A stretch of 64,000 nucleotides of DNA. It comes from Balanoglossus misakiensis (taxonomy: Eukaryota; Animalia; Hemichordata). A program made the position numbers and the translations under genes. The notes under the pieces are model-generated. The model was not told where the DNA came from. It worked only from the letters and a program-made list of their open reading frames with translations, and made no database searches. Where the stretch lies: assembly GCA_040954595.2 (NCBI GenBank), contig CM082578.2, forward strand, positions 1,656,831-1,720,830. The letters are read 5' to 3'. Positions 24,386-36,129 of this stretch are shown here, in pieces. Numbering within the stretch: the stretch's first letter is position 1; every line of letters starts with the position of its first letter.

Positions 24386-24909
24386 ACTAGTGTATGGGCT
24401 AACTCAGAGGAGTTGGTAGGCGAAGCCTGTCATGAACATTGTGACGCTAAGGCTCCTTAGACAAACCTGTTGCGTCTGCGGTCCAGATCCGTACCAGAGC
24501 TTTTCGCCGAAATTCGATTTTATCGGGAGAATATCCTTTCTCTGTCTACTAACCGGTTATAACCGACTCCACGATTGACTTCTTCTAACATCCGAACCGC
24601 TCGCTTTCTGAAACGTTTGTGTTTACCCATTGAGATAACCTCACGGTATTCAATATGGCGATCTCAACAGGTAAACACAAGAGAAAATCAGAAAGCGAGC
24701 GGCTCGGAAGTTAATTACATCATATTTGGAGTCATTTGTGGGTAGACGGGGGAAAGATTCCCCCCGATAAAATCGAATCTCGGCCGAAAAGCTGCTGTCC
24801 GGATCCGGATCTCAGACGAATCAGTTTTGTCCATGGAGCCTTGCAGAGATGTGGTGGAAGCCATGTATTAAACGCCGGGAGAACGCATACCTGTACGGGG
24901 GACTACCAC

Positions 24910-25430
24910 GACCCTGTCAGTGCTTGGAAATTTCAAGGCTCTCACATTCCCTGAGTGTCTGGAAATTTCCGACCACTGACCCTTGTCAGTGCTTGGAAAT
25001 TTCCAGGCTCTCACATTCCCTGAGTGTCCGGAAATTTCCGACCACTGACCCTTGTCAGTGCTTGGAAATTTCTAAGCTCTCACATTCCCTGAGTGTCTGG
25101 AAATTTCCGACCACTGACCCTTGTCAGTGCTTGGAAATTTCCAGGCTCTCACATTCCCTGAGTGTCTGGAAATTTCCGACCACTGACCCTTGTCAGTGCT
25201 TGGAAATTTCTAAGCTCTCACATTCCCTGAGTGTCTGGAAATTTCCGACCACTGACCCTTGTCAGTGCTTGGAAATTTCTAAGCTCTCACATTCCCTGAG
25301 TGTCTGGAAATTTCCGACCACTGACCCTTGTCAGTGCTTGGAAATTTCCAGGCTCTCACATTCCCTGAGTGTCTGGAAATTTCCGACCACTGACCCTTGT
25401 CAGTGCTTGGAAATTTCCAAGCTCTCACAT
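24910..25430 (+). repeat. 69-bp tandem array, right arm (~7.5 units), inverted relative to the left arm
   Basis: Unit GACCACTGACCCTTGTCAGTGCTTGGAAATTTCCAGGCTCTCACATTCCCTGAGTGTCTGGAAATTTCC. Confidence 0.93.
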
Positions 25431-26198
25431 GCCACTGACTCTTTTCCAAGTATTTCAGCTGCAAAATATGGATTTGTCAATTAGCAGTGCTTATTTCCTA
25501 AAATTCATACGAAATCCAACGGATTTGTGTGATACGGATATTAATCTAACAATTCTTGTAATAAATATTGGGTTTCAGATTTACTTTTTGATGCTATTGT
25601 TTTTTCTTGCGAAATTTTACAAGCAATTCACACACTTGCAAATTTTCAATAGAAATATTACTCATGATAAACATGGAGACAAAATTTCATTAGAAAAAAA
25701 TCAAAAGGACTGTCATGTACGTGGCTTTGATGGAGACTCAGTTTTTTCACAGATAAATTTTAATTTGAGTTTAAAGCCAAAATATGACAAAATGCATTTT
25801 TCCTGCTGTACAGCTGCAGGAAAGAGACTAAGGATACCTTTATGTAATTTTTTCATTAGAAATTGGCAAAGAATAAGGAATATTTTCATAAATTTCTAAC
25901 TTTTTCAGCAGTAATTATGTAAAAAAGAGGTTTTTCGGAAATTGGAAAATGTTTTCTATACTGTTAAAAATACACTGTAATGCATAACAAATGGGTTGAT
26001 ACCCGCAACAATAAGAGAATTCTTTCTTTTCCACAACCTAAGATAAAATTTAGAGCCACGTAAAGTACGCTGCTTACAATCAAATGTTAAAATATTGTTA
26101 TGTGAAGGTGTTAGAAATACTAATCCTTCTATCAATACCTAACAATATCCTAAAACATATGCTATGCTATGTTTCTATTCTGTCACAATCAACATTAC

Positions 26199-26944
26199 CT
26201 GAGGTGCGTCAAAGGTAGACCTTGTACTTTTAGGGATTATGTACTCATCACAAAAGCTCAGCTTATTTAATATCCACTGGCGTTTCTCTAATTGGCCTGC
26301 ACTACTTCCGCTTTTTGGGCCACGGCGATGCCTGGCGTACATTGTACGCAAATTCTTTATTTTCTTGTACACACTTGGTACTTAAATGAGAAACATTGTA
26401 CAAATATATAAGTGTTACAACACAAGTTTGGATAAATTTGTTTAAATTAGCCATCAAGTCATTGGCCATAGTAACAGTAGTTTAACTATGACACAATTCC
26501 TTTCCAAATTTTACCAGAAGAAAACTGATACAATAAGTTTATTAAATGAATCATCTTTGATGAACTGTGGCTGATTTTTACTTTTCAAATGGGATGTAAA
26601 CCTGTCAAGGTATAAGAAACTTAAATAATATTAATGAAATAAGCTGATGATTTGAATTATTTGTACATTAAGATATACTGGAAATATTAGATACAGCCAC
26701 TATGATTATATAATATTTATTCATTGTTACCTACTATAATTATACTATTTGTTCATTGTTATCTCTAGGAAATAAACCTTTAAACTTATTCACCTGACTT
26801 GTCAAGACTGACAGATATCTCTGTTATTAGTTTTTCCCTAATAACTCTGTCCTTATAGTCTGCATGAGACACATCCCATAAGGGCCGACATTCCCTATAC
26901 TTCTCGATAAGCTGATCAACCTGATCATCTGACCAAGTATCCAT
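26199..26944 (-). pseudogene. MADF/Myb-SANT DNA-binding protein (Harbinger ORF), two exons, 3' part not found
   Basis: Exons 26944-26794 and 26380-26199 have GT-AG ends and matching phase: MDTWSDDQVDQLIEKYRECRPLWDVSHADYKDR...V-PSVYKKIKNLRTMY..KSGS..W..LSF. Confidence 0.82.
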
Positions 26945-27510
26945 CTTGTAAAAAGCTATTAAACAAAAAACAACACGCTTAAAATGAAATTCAACTACAT
27001 AACTACCACTATCAGCTTTCAAACTGCTATATATTATTGCATTATATCTATGGATTCGACATCATGGCACAGAACTAGTAATTTTCTGAAAACCTGTCAT
27101 TTATAGTTGTGGAAAGAACATAACAATTGCCCTACTGGCTACGGGAAACAGTCCGTTGTAATATGTGAGCAAAACTATGGAGACAATTACCACCACCATC
27201 ACTGTTTACGGTACATAGACTAGCCCACTAGACACTTGACCTGCACAGACTGCAGACCCAAACTGACAATGTTCATTCCAGTCATGCACTATACTACTAT
27301 AATTTCTAGCGAAGAACACATTTCTAGCTTGCGTTATCCAGAATTATATTATACCAGTATATTGATGGTGTAAATCACGCTATTTGATTGGTCGAGACAC
27401 GACACGTGACCGTGATATCTTAGCCATATACCACAGTCATATATCATAGTCAAAGAAAATGCCTTTTTAAAATGTTTTATGCAAAGTTTCAATATACTGG
27501 CATAATATAA

Positions 27511-27657
27511 TAGCAATAAAACACCCCCAGCCATGGTATACCACTCGATTTTGACCAGTTCAACTCCATATACGCACTCGCTATCGCTCGTGCGTATATG
27601 TCGTGAACTAGTCAAAATCTCGTGGTATACCATGGCTGGGGGTGTTTTATTGCTTAA
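27511..27657. repeat. Crypton-type non-autonomous long hairpin
   Basis: About 65-bp arms around the loop GCACTCGCTATCGCTCGTGC. Family assignment is from recalled architecture. Confidence 0.6.
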
Positions 27658-27823
27658 ATAATAAGCTTCCACAAAAAAAAATCTTCCTACTCACAGCTGG
27701 CTGGCCAGGTCAAGAGATCAGCCAACTTGTCAATCCTCGTAACCATTTTGCGGAACTTATATATTTTTGTCATAACAACACTGAAAAGACCACTCATTTT
27801 AGTTTTATTTGATCAAACTTGAG

Positions 27824-28601
27824 TAAGTATTTATTGCATTACAAGGCCTCCGGCCCATATACAGTATAGTTCTCAGCATAAAAATTGGTGAGGTCATACA
27901 TGTAGCTCTTAAAGATGCTATTTTACAGAGAATGATTTCTTTTGATAAATGCATAATGGACGTATTTACATAAATTGATTAATAAATCAGGTTGAGTAGA
28001 TTGCAAAAGTCTATGAAATTTAACATGGTTGGTATCGTTATAGAAATAAAGGGGAATGTATTTTTGTCTTAGCTCTTTGTAAAATGGACAAATCAGCAGA
28101 AAATGAAATTCGTCTTCCAGAAGTCTGAGGTTACATAATAGGCAAAGTCTATCTGTTAAATCAATGTTGTGGTGTCTCCCTATTTCAATACCCAGTTGCA
28201 TCACGGAGCATCGAAAACGGGCAAAAGCTCTTATGTACTTGGTGTTACAATTTAATGAAAGGTATTTCTCAGGTTCTAATAAACTCTTGAAACAAGCATA
28301 AGTGCGTAGTTTGGGTTTTTGGGTGATACCGTATTTCCACTGTTGTTTACAGATATCCGAAACTCGGGCAGTAAATTCAGAAATAAATAAATGTCTGTCG
28401 CCTACTTCCTGGAACAGCCAGGCATATCCAAAACCATAGGAAAATAAAATGTTTTTCAAAGACGTTGCCCAAGTCTGTCTGCCCATCTCATCCAGCCTAG
28501 TCAACATAAGATAAGCTTGTTTCGGCAGACGATCTCTACTCATTTCTAAAAGCTTTAACCAGTAGTTTACACACCGTTTCATTGTTGTTACAAAAATGGG
28601 C
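27824..28601 (-). mobile_element. 5'-truncated LINE (ORF2 C-terminus with CCHC finger; RTE-X/L2-group-like)
   Basis: ORF 27923-28582 with KLRTY..FK, EKYL, RFR, CLLC..EDEFHFLLICP. 13-bp TSD GATCAAACTTGAG at 27811-27823 and 28602-28614; AATAAA tail. Confidence 0.88.
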
Positions 28602-28656
28602 GATCAAACTTGAGCTCATAATAAAATACTCAAAAAATAGTAGATAATATATGCGA

Positions 28657-28693
<37 letters not shown>

Positions 28694-31057
28694 TTACCAA
28701 TATTCGCGACTATTTCTCTGGACGACAATTTGTTTCCTGGTTCAGAAAATGCCTCTGCGCATGTGCAGATGTCAAAGGTTATTGGGGAAAACTGGTAACG
28801 CGGGGCAACCGCTTGCGCGTCAGGCAACTCGTCGCCCGAAAATCCGACATGACGGATTTCGAGGCGACGTCGCCAGACGCGTTCCATTGAGGCGACTACA
28901 TCATACACACGAGGCAACTCACCGAGCAACTCGGGTTGCGCGTCGAGTTGCCTACCGAGTTGCCTGCCGAGTTGCCTCGTGTAACTCGGCCTTAATATAA
29001 CTACATTGATACACCCAGGGGAACCCCGGTAAAATGACTGGGGAACTCTGGTAGACTGCCTGACCACTGTGACATTGGCCTTGTTCTGTTGTTTTAATTC
29101 GGAGTGACTGGGGTACTCCGGTAGATTTTACCTAGGTACCGCCCTTAACAAAAACACTACAACAGAATCACAATTTGGAAAGCATGAGAGGCAAATACCA
29201 TTTAAGGATGTACACGCACAACATAAACTGATAAACAGTGCATGTGTGTCTGTTCCTGAAAGGATTACATCGATAATTGCCAGAAAACAAACTTCTACTA
29301 TTGTCTTTTTCACGAAATATTACACATAGCTCAGACAAGTAAACGTAAATTCATTGGTCAAAAAAAATTATGTGGTCACCATGCTCTATTATGAGATAAA
29401 TTGCGTTAAAATCTTCGCCCATAGACAAACCATTGGTGAAAAATGCTGAGACAGCAAATTTCTTCTATTATCAACTAAATTCATGGCTCTGTATTTTTTT
29501 TAAAAGGGCAATGACCCCTACAATTTTTAACGGATTCTCATTATACATACACAGGATAATCCAAAATTCCACAATTAAAAGAATGACAATACTTTCAACG
29601 CGTATAATACCAGCATACACCTGTTTCAAGTCCAGTGTCCTAATACACCATCATCATGAATTGGAACTCAAAGCAAGGCCAACGGGCAAACCCAGATTGA
29701 CAACTCAATACACCAGCACAGTGGTTTCTTTATGGAAGTGGTGGTACCAATAAATACTTTATTCAAGGTAAGAATTTCTTATTGTAGCAGTATTTTCATT
29801 TCCATTCATGTTTTAAAGGCCTTTTTTTGTAGATTCTGAGTTTCTATGCCAGACAAAGTATGATTATTTTTCCACTAATGCAGCCTGAATTAAAGTCAAC
29901 ATTTTTCACCATAGGTCTTTCTATGTTATTTTTCTATAGGCATGGACACATTTAAGTTTATCTCAAAACTGAGCACAGTGGTGAGCCTACAACTTATATC
30001 AATCACTAAATTTAATTTAATTTGGATGAGTTATGAGTGAAACTTCATAAAAATGACAATAGTAGAAAAGGGTTTTCTATCAATTCTTAATGTCATCCTA
30101 TGGGAAGAAACACATTCCATGAGCTCATACATGTAGTGTATGCCATTCTTGACCCTTTCAGTATTATATGAATCAGATATAGAAGCTTGTTCAACGTCCC
30201 GTTGCGGCCAGGCCAATCAGATTGCACTTTATGTCAATCAAAACTGAAGGATACCTAAAGTTCTATATAAGGCACCGTCTGATTGGTTTACTAGAGTTTT
30301 CAACGGGAGCTTTTATGGGAGTTGGTCAGATGTAGTGTGAGGCGACAGTATAAGAATACCGTACTGCGAAGTAAAAGACGTCGCCGTACCCTACATCTGA
30401 TTTTAATCAGATTGTATGCACACATACGCTGGTTTAGAATACTGATAAACCCTGATGAAACAATCTCAGTAAAATATATACAGATGAGAATGAGAATGCA
30501 GTTAAAGTTAAATATACATTCGTTGTATCTTTTGGCTTTATTTCCAGTATTTTTGTTCTATGTAGCAAATGCGATTTCATGTTCTACTCCATACAGATTG
30601 TTACTTGTCAGCACAGAATGTATGTGTATAATGGCCATTGTCATTGTTGACAATAATTCATAGATTCTAGTCTGGACTTAAATTCCAATTTGGCACAATA
30701 ACAATGCTGACCATACACATATATGTTTCATCATGTTTCGGGAATTTGCACAAGAAACTGCTAAACAAAGATACTGAAAACACAGGAAAAAGTTAAAGGT
30801 AATGGAGCTTTAATTACAATTCACACTGTATACAAAATCCATGTAAATAATCCAAATACTGGATTTGTCAGCTTCAACTGATATGGGGGTCACACAAGGA
30901 CCGTTAAGAAATTGCTAAAACGTCTCAGATCAAATACTGGCATAAATTATTATTGGTGAATGGTTTAAGTGGTCCTGAATCTTCTCAGATTTGAGACACG
31001 TCTCTTACCAGGTTCACACAGAGTAAAATTTGAGACACTATTAGTCTATGGTAAACA

Positions 31058-32315
31058 CAGAGCGTTAATACTTGGGGGGGGGGGGGGTTTAGCTGGGCAG
31101 ACCCGCCCTCCTTTATTTTTTGCCACCCTGCTATCTTACGCGCGCCCTGCTTTCTTTTCATTCCCGCCCGGGTAAATATTTATTGTTTCTGGTGCACGCT
31201 CCCGCATGCGGCTGACGTTTGAGAGAATGATATTTATTCAGTTTAGGGATGTTTTGTCGCCTTTGTACAGAACACAAGCAGAAGGCCAAGTGCGGAGGGA
31301 CTTGGGTTACAACATCTCCATGTACATGTACCACCCTTCTCGAAGACAAACACAAGCAGCATGAAGATACGATGATCCACTGGACGGCAATGCAGCTTGA
31401 CGCCGAGGCAACAATTACCGAGAACAGCAGCGGTCTTGTGGCTGCATTTGAAAAGGTCATCACCGTTGAGACGCAAGCCTTTATGCATCGGCGTCCTACG
31501 ATGCATGTATTTTCTCATGCACAGAGAATTGCCGCACACCACCAACTTCATCCATGTTTTGGAATTGGCAAAGTCCCTCGGGTGTTCATTCCTTGGTACT
31601 CTCAGCAGTGATGACCACAACTATAATGGTTTATTGCATTGGTAAGTAGGTCTACTGATTTTTGTGCAGATCTAAATTGTAGGCAATGCAATGTAGTAAC
31701 ATTTATTTAAACCTGGTTGTTTTCAAGAAAGGATCACTGTTTAAGCAATAGTGTTACACTCAATAAATAATAATTACTGTACAAATTACTGTGAATTTTC
31801 ATTTATTTCATTTTTCAGGCAAAGTCATCCGTGATGAGATTTTAGAGAAGATGAAGGGAAGTAACTTCTATTCACTGTTAATAGATGAAACAACTGATGT
31901 GGCTGTATTGAAGCAAATAATCATCTATTCCAAGTACATCTTGAAGTCTGGGAAGTCATTTGTGTCTTTCCTTGGAGTTAAAGAAGTAAGTGGAAAGTTT
32001 TTCAATTTTTAAGTCTACACTGAATTAAAAACATACGATTAAACATGTTTTTGAGTGACCTCATTTAATTGATTTTGCTGACTAGTTATTTCAGGTGAGA
32101 CAAACATTGAGTTGTACATTGCATGTGTTAACATCAAGGTTTTATTTTCACTTTTTCAGGTTGGTGATGGCAGAGCAGACACCATTGCACAGTCAGTGAA
32201 AGAGTTTTCTTCAGAGAATGGTATTGTCTTAAGAGATCGTCTGTCTGCTTTGGGCAGTGATGGTGCTCCTGTTATGCTAGGACAGAAAGGAGGAGTGGCT
32301 ACCAAACTAAAAGAA
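31058..32315 (+). pseudogene. hAT-type transposase 5' fragment (ZNF862/C17orf113-like, DUF4371), spliced and frameshifted
   Basis: Exons about 31247-31641, 31819-31985 and 32160-32315 with MFCRLC, YSLLIDETTD, GSDGAPVMLGQKGGV. A possible CAG terminus lies at 31058. No further exons were recognised after the HINE. Confidence 0.82.
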
Positions 32316-32405
32316 GTGAGTGAAATTTTGAGTTGTGAAGACATTGTGATTTTGTAAGTTTTTAGTTGGTGTCTTTATATCGTGACAATAATAATAGTAA
32401 TAATT

Positions 32406-33575
32406 AAAGCTGCAAGCAGCATTGAAGGGGCCAAAGCATAGAGATAATAACCATTAGACTCCATTCAGGGTTGTACCATTCAAATGCGTAGGCTGTATTT
32501 GCTCTGGATGTGGAGATATGGGGAAGTAGGCAACCACCCGAAATGGATGTCCTACAAGTACAAACACAACAACCAAAAGTGAACTTCTACGATATGTAAG
32601 GACTTCAGTTAAGTACTTCAAAGGTCAGCTGAGGGTACCCAAAAATTAGGCCAAAAATTTGGATTCCTATTTGGTTCATATTCAAGACAACGGAAAATTC
32701 TCGCCCTTTGGGTTTTTAAAATTAGGTATGGCCATAATAATGAGTTACGCAAGTAAGTTACAGGTGGCCCTAGGAATTTAGCATTTCATGACGGTCCTAC
32801 CCTACCCCTCCAAACACCTGGCTATATATGCTGTGCGTGCTAACATATGGAAAGCAGGTCAATGGACACCTGAGGTCACCCAAAAATTTGACAAAAAAAT
32901 TTCATTCCTGTTAATGTCATGTGCAACAAATCCTACATTTGCAGCCCTTTCACTTTGCCTAACATTAGGTATGCACGTAATACATGAATCAAGCAGGTGT
33001 CACAGGTATCCCCCTGTATTTGACATTTCATGATAGTTTCATCCCTCCAAATACCAAAGCTGCACCTGTACAACGGGCTGAGATATGGCACTGTATGACA
33101 GAGGTCATCCAAATCACCTTATACATTTGGGCAAAAACGTAATGACGGTCATAATGACGGTCAAAGTCCGATGCCCCAGTGTCCGTCCTCAGCCCACCAA
33201 AAAATGCGAAAAAATATTACAAAAATCTTCTTCTCAAAATCGGCGTGGCCTAGGACCTTGAAATTTGGCACAGGGTATTTTGGCCACATGGTCTACAAAA
33301 ATCGCGAAAAGAATGTACATGCCCCCATTAACGTGCAAATTAGGTCAATTTGAAAATTTCGCTCGATTATAGCCACAAAGTCACGTGACTAATTACAAAT
33401 TCAAAGGGCAGGTGCACCAGTACTCATGGGCCCCAACCACCGTGCCAAATTTGGAAGGCGCACCTGCCGTAATTTCAGAGAAAAACGGGCGCAAAAAAAC
33501 GACTCAAGAAGAAAGAAGACAAACTCCAGCAATAACAGAAGGGGACCAAGCGCCTGAGGGCGCTTGGTCCCCTAA
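32406..33575 (-). mobile_element. HINE-like non-autonomous Helentron derivative #3 (diverged)
   Basis: Starts AAAGCTGCAAGCAGC and ends in hairpin AGGGGACCAAGCGCC-tgag-GGCGCTTGGTCCCCT. Internal units are related to the 238-bp repeat. Confidence 0.85.
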
Positions 33576-34336
33576 ATATGGGACTAAACTTGACAGATAC
33601 CCAGAATATTTTCCTATTCAGGATACCTGGTTGCATTTCCACCTAAAGGCGTCCTATTGGCGTGGAAATTTTATAACTTGAAATCGTTTGACTAGGTGAT
33701 AGGTATTAATATCTTATGATGTTATAAAACACTTGGCTCGCCGAAGGTATGGACCGATTATAGCGTCGGTCGTGTCATAAAATCTATATGAATGTCATGG
33801 GTCAATAAACTTGATGGTCCAATAAAATTTAATGGTTCGTAAAAATGTTGTGTCCAATGTCTGCAGAGTATACTGGCTGCAACATGTGTATGAGTCAGGA
33901 TTAACGGCTGTAGCCATCAACCTTCGTTAAACCTAAAAGGTGAACGTCCTATTCTCACTAACTTAAATAGGTTTTGCGACCAAGTTGAGTGATAAAAACC
34001 TTATGATAAAGTCGACACAATTTCAAGATGACGATGTGCAAATGAGAGTTCATAAGCTAAAGTAAAGTTCAATGAATTCTATATTTGAACTACAAAGTTC
34101 AAGAAAGGTTTTTTACTAAAGGAAGACATGAAAAAACTGATATCGTCTCTTCATATTCGTACATGTCCAACTGTTGTGATTTGACCCCCCCCCCCCCCAG
34201 GACATGGTACATGAACCTATTACTTAGTACTCACTTAAACAATTGGCATTTGAAGTGCCTTGCTTGACAGTGTTTAATGCCATCTTGTGGTGGTCAGTCG
34301 CGTTTATCTTTCGCCACTTCATGCATCATGTCGCCT

Positions 34337-34662
34337 TAAAGGGACAAACTCTCTCTCTCGTCGCCCTTTTCCATTAATTATGTTTGATACAAGACACCGT
34401 TTATATTAATGGGCATGTGTATATGTAGTGAATGAACGTTCAACCACACACAACGTCCATCCTGCTTGTATGATATGAGAGTAAAAACTCGCCCAAAATG
34501 AATAAATGGTAGAGACCGATTTTTCAGTTTGGCGAGTTTTCGCTCTCGTGTCTACATGCGGGATGGAAGGTGTGTGCGGTTGAACGTTGCATCACTATAT
34601 ATCCACATTTACATTAACATAAACAGTGTTTTGTATCAAACATGGAAAAGGGCAGCGAGTTA
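34337..34662. mobile_element. Palindromic MITE, TTAA-AGGGACA family (Kolobok-like), degenerate right end
   Basis: TTAAAGGGACAAACTCTCTC start with an internal inverted repeat; homologous to 35485, 62136 and 62791. Confidence 0.7.
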
Positions 34663-35484
34663 AGGATGTACGATCAGTAAAATTGAAAGCATTGTCATTT
34701 CTTTTAATCGTGGATTTTCGTTTCTGATTTGTATGTATAATGAAAATCCATTTTGGGTCACTGCACTTGTTTTCGACTTTAAACAAGGCCGTGAATTTAG
34801 TCGATAATTGAAGAAAACTGCTGACGGTCAGCATTTTCTACCAATGGTTTGTCTATGGATACAATATTGAACAAAGTTTATCTCAAAATAGAGCGTGGTG
34901 AATTTATTTTGATTTGTCGGAGCTATGTGTAAAATTTCATGAAAATGACAATAGTAGAAGTGAGTTTTCTAGCTATTCTCCATGTACTCCTATGGGAAGA
35001 GACACAGGCGCACAGTTTACCAGTTGACGTTCTGCGCGTACATCATTGAGTGTATTGGCAGCTAACTTATTGTTTTTTTTGTCACAGCAATTGGATCTTG
35101 GAGCACTGTTTGGAACACCCTTTGTGAAATATGAATGTCCAGAAGGTAAGTTGAATTCACCCTAGCCCTTTCACCAACATGGTTCAGTCCAAACCAATTG
35201 TTTTCTATGGTAATGTTGGACCTCTAAAGAGGAAACGGGGGGGGGGATGATGAAAGGTTTAAGACTTACAGATCACAACTTAAAGAGCCATTCAGTCAGA
35301 AAGAGGCTTAGAGTGGAGTATCAAATCGGACGATACCACTGACTGGTGGAGGAAGAAAAAATAAGCAAACTGAGTAGATGAGTGCTCAGATTTCTTCAGA
35401 GGACCAAACGTTTCAAAGAATTATACGTGACAATCCATGCCTGGTCCGTCAGTAGATATAAACAGAACATTGTGGCTGTATTCA

Positions 35485-35783
35485 TTAAAGGGACAAAGTC
35501 TCTCTCTCGCTGCCCTTTTTCCATTAATTATGTTTGATACAAGACTGCGTTTATATTATTCTACATGTGGATATAGTGAATCAACGTTCAACCATACACA
35601 CCTTCCACTCCGCTTGTATAGACACGAGAGTTTTAAAAAGTCGCCAAAATGAACAAACGGTCTCTGCCATTTATTCATTTCGGGCGAGTTTTTACTCTCG
35701 TATCATACAAGCGGGATGGAAGTTGTGTGTGGTTGAACGTTCATTCACTAACATAAACGGTGTCTTGTATCATGTCCCTTTAA
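35485..35783. mobile_element. Palindromic MITE with TTAA TSD (Kolobok-like)
   Basis: TTAA|AGGGACA...TGTCCCT|TTAA. Confidence 0.8.
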
Positions 35784-36129
35784 CACTTTTGAAGCATTTT
35801 ACTAATGCTAACATGACTAGACCAATTGAATGATGTTACATTGCAGGGTATCAACTCAGAGGGGCGTCTTGTTATAAAGCGGTACCTGACAAACAATCAG
35901 CTGGCAACGCTGAAAATACCTGTCAGTCGTAAGTATGAAAGTATACATCATTTGAGTAGAATTTTACGGGAAATCCTAACAAGGCTTGGTCATGTCACGC
36001 ACAAATACAAAGGGCGCATACACAAAAAGACAAAACCTCGCTCAGTGTGAGGTGTTCAGCGATTGCATCTGATAAGTCGAAAATGCTTGATCACGTGTCA
36101 TGTTCAGTTGGGAAATTGGATATGTCTTA

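Larger units (their letters stand above)
23344..25963. mobile_element. Foldback-like non-autonomous DNA element with 32-bp TIRs and internal inverted 69-bp arrays
   Basis: CAGTATAGAAAACATTTTCCAATTTCCGAAAA at 23344-23375 and its reverse complement at 25932-25963. No clean TSD was seen. Confidence 0.8.
26000..28992 (-). mobile_element. PIF/Harbinger transposon remnant (one end visible; left limit approximate)
   Basis: Minus-strand end tta|AGGCCGAGTTACACGAGGCAAC with repeated GGCAACTC/GAGTTGCC subterminal motifs, lying upstream of the MADF gene. Confidence 0.6.

Noticed and set aside
23632-25430. CRISPR-like array, or a 23-aa repeat protein (ORFs 23595-23969 and 24849-25484)
   Set aside because: The spacers between palindromes are two alternating fixed sequences, no cas genes are present and the context is eukaryotic. 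The ORFs arise because 69 is divisible by 3.
35330-35420. Hammerhead ribozyme / Penelope remnant (CTGAAGA and GAAAC on the minus strand)
   Set aside because: I could not build the three required stems around the core motifs.
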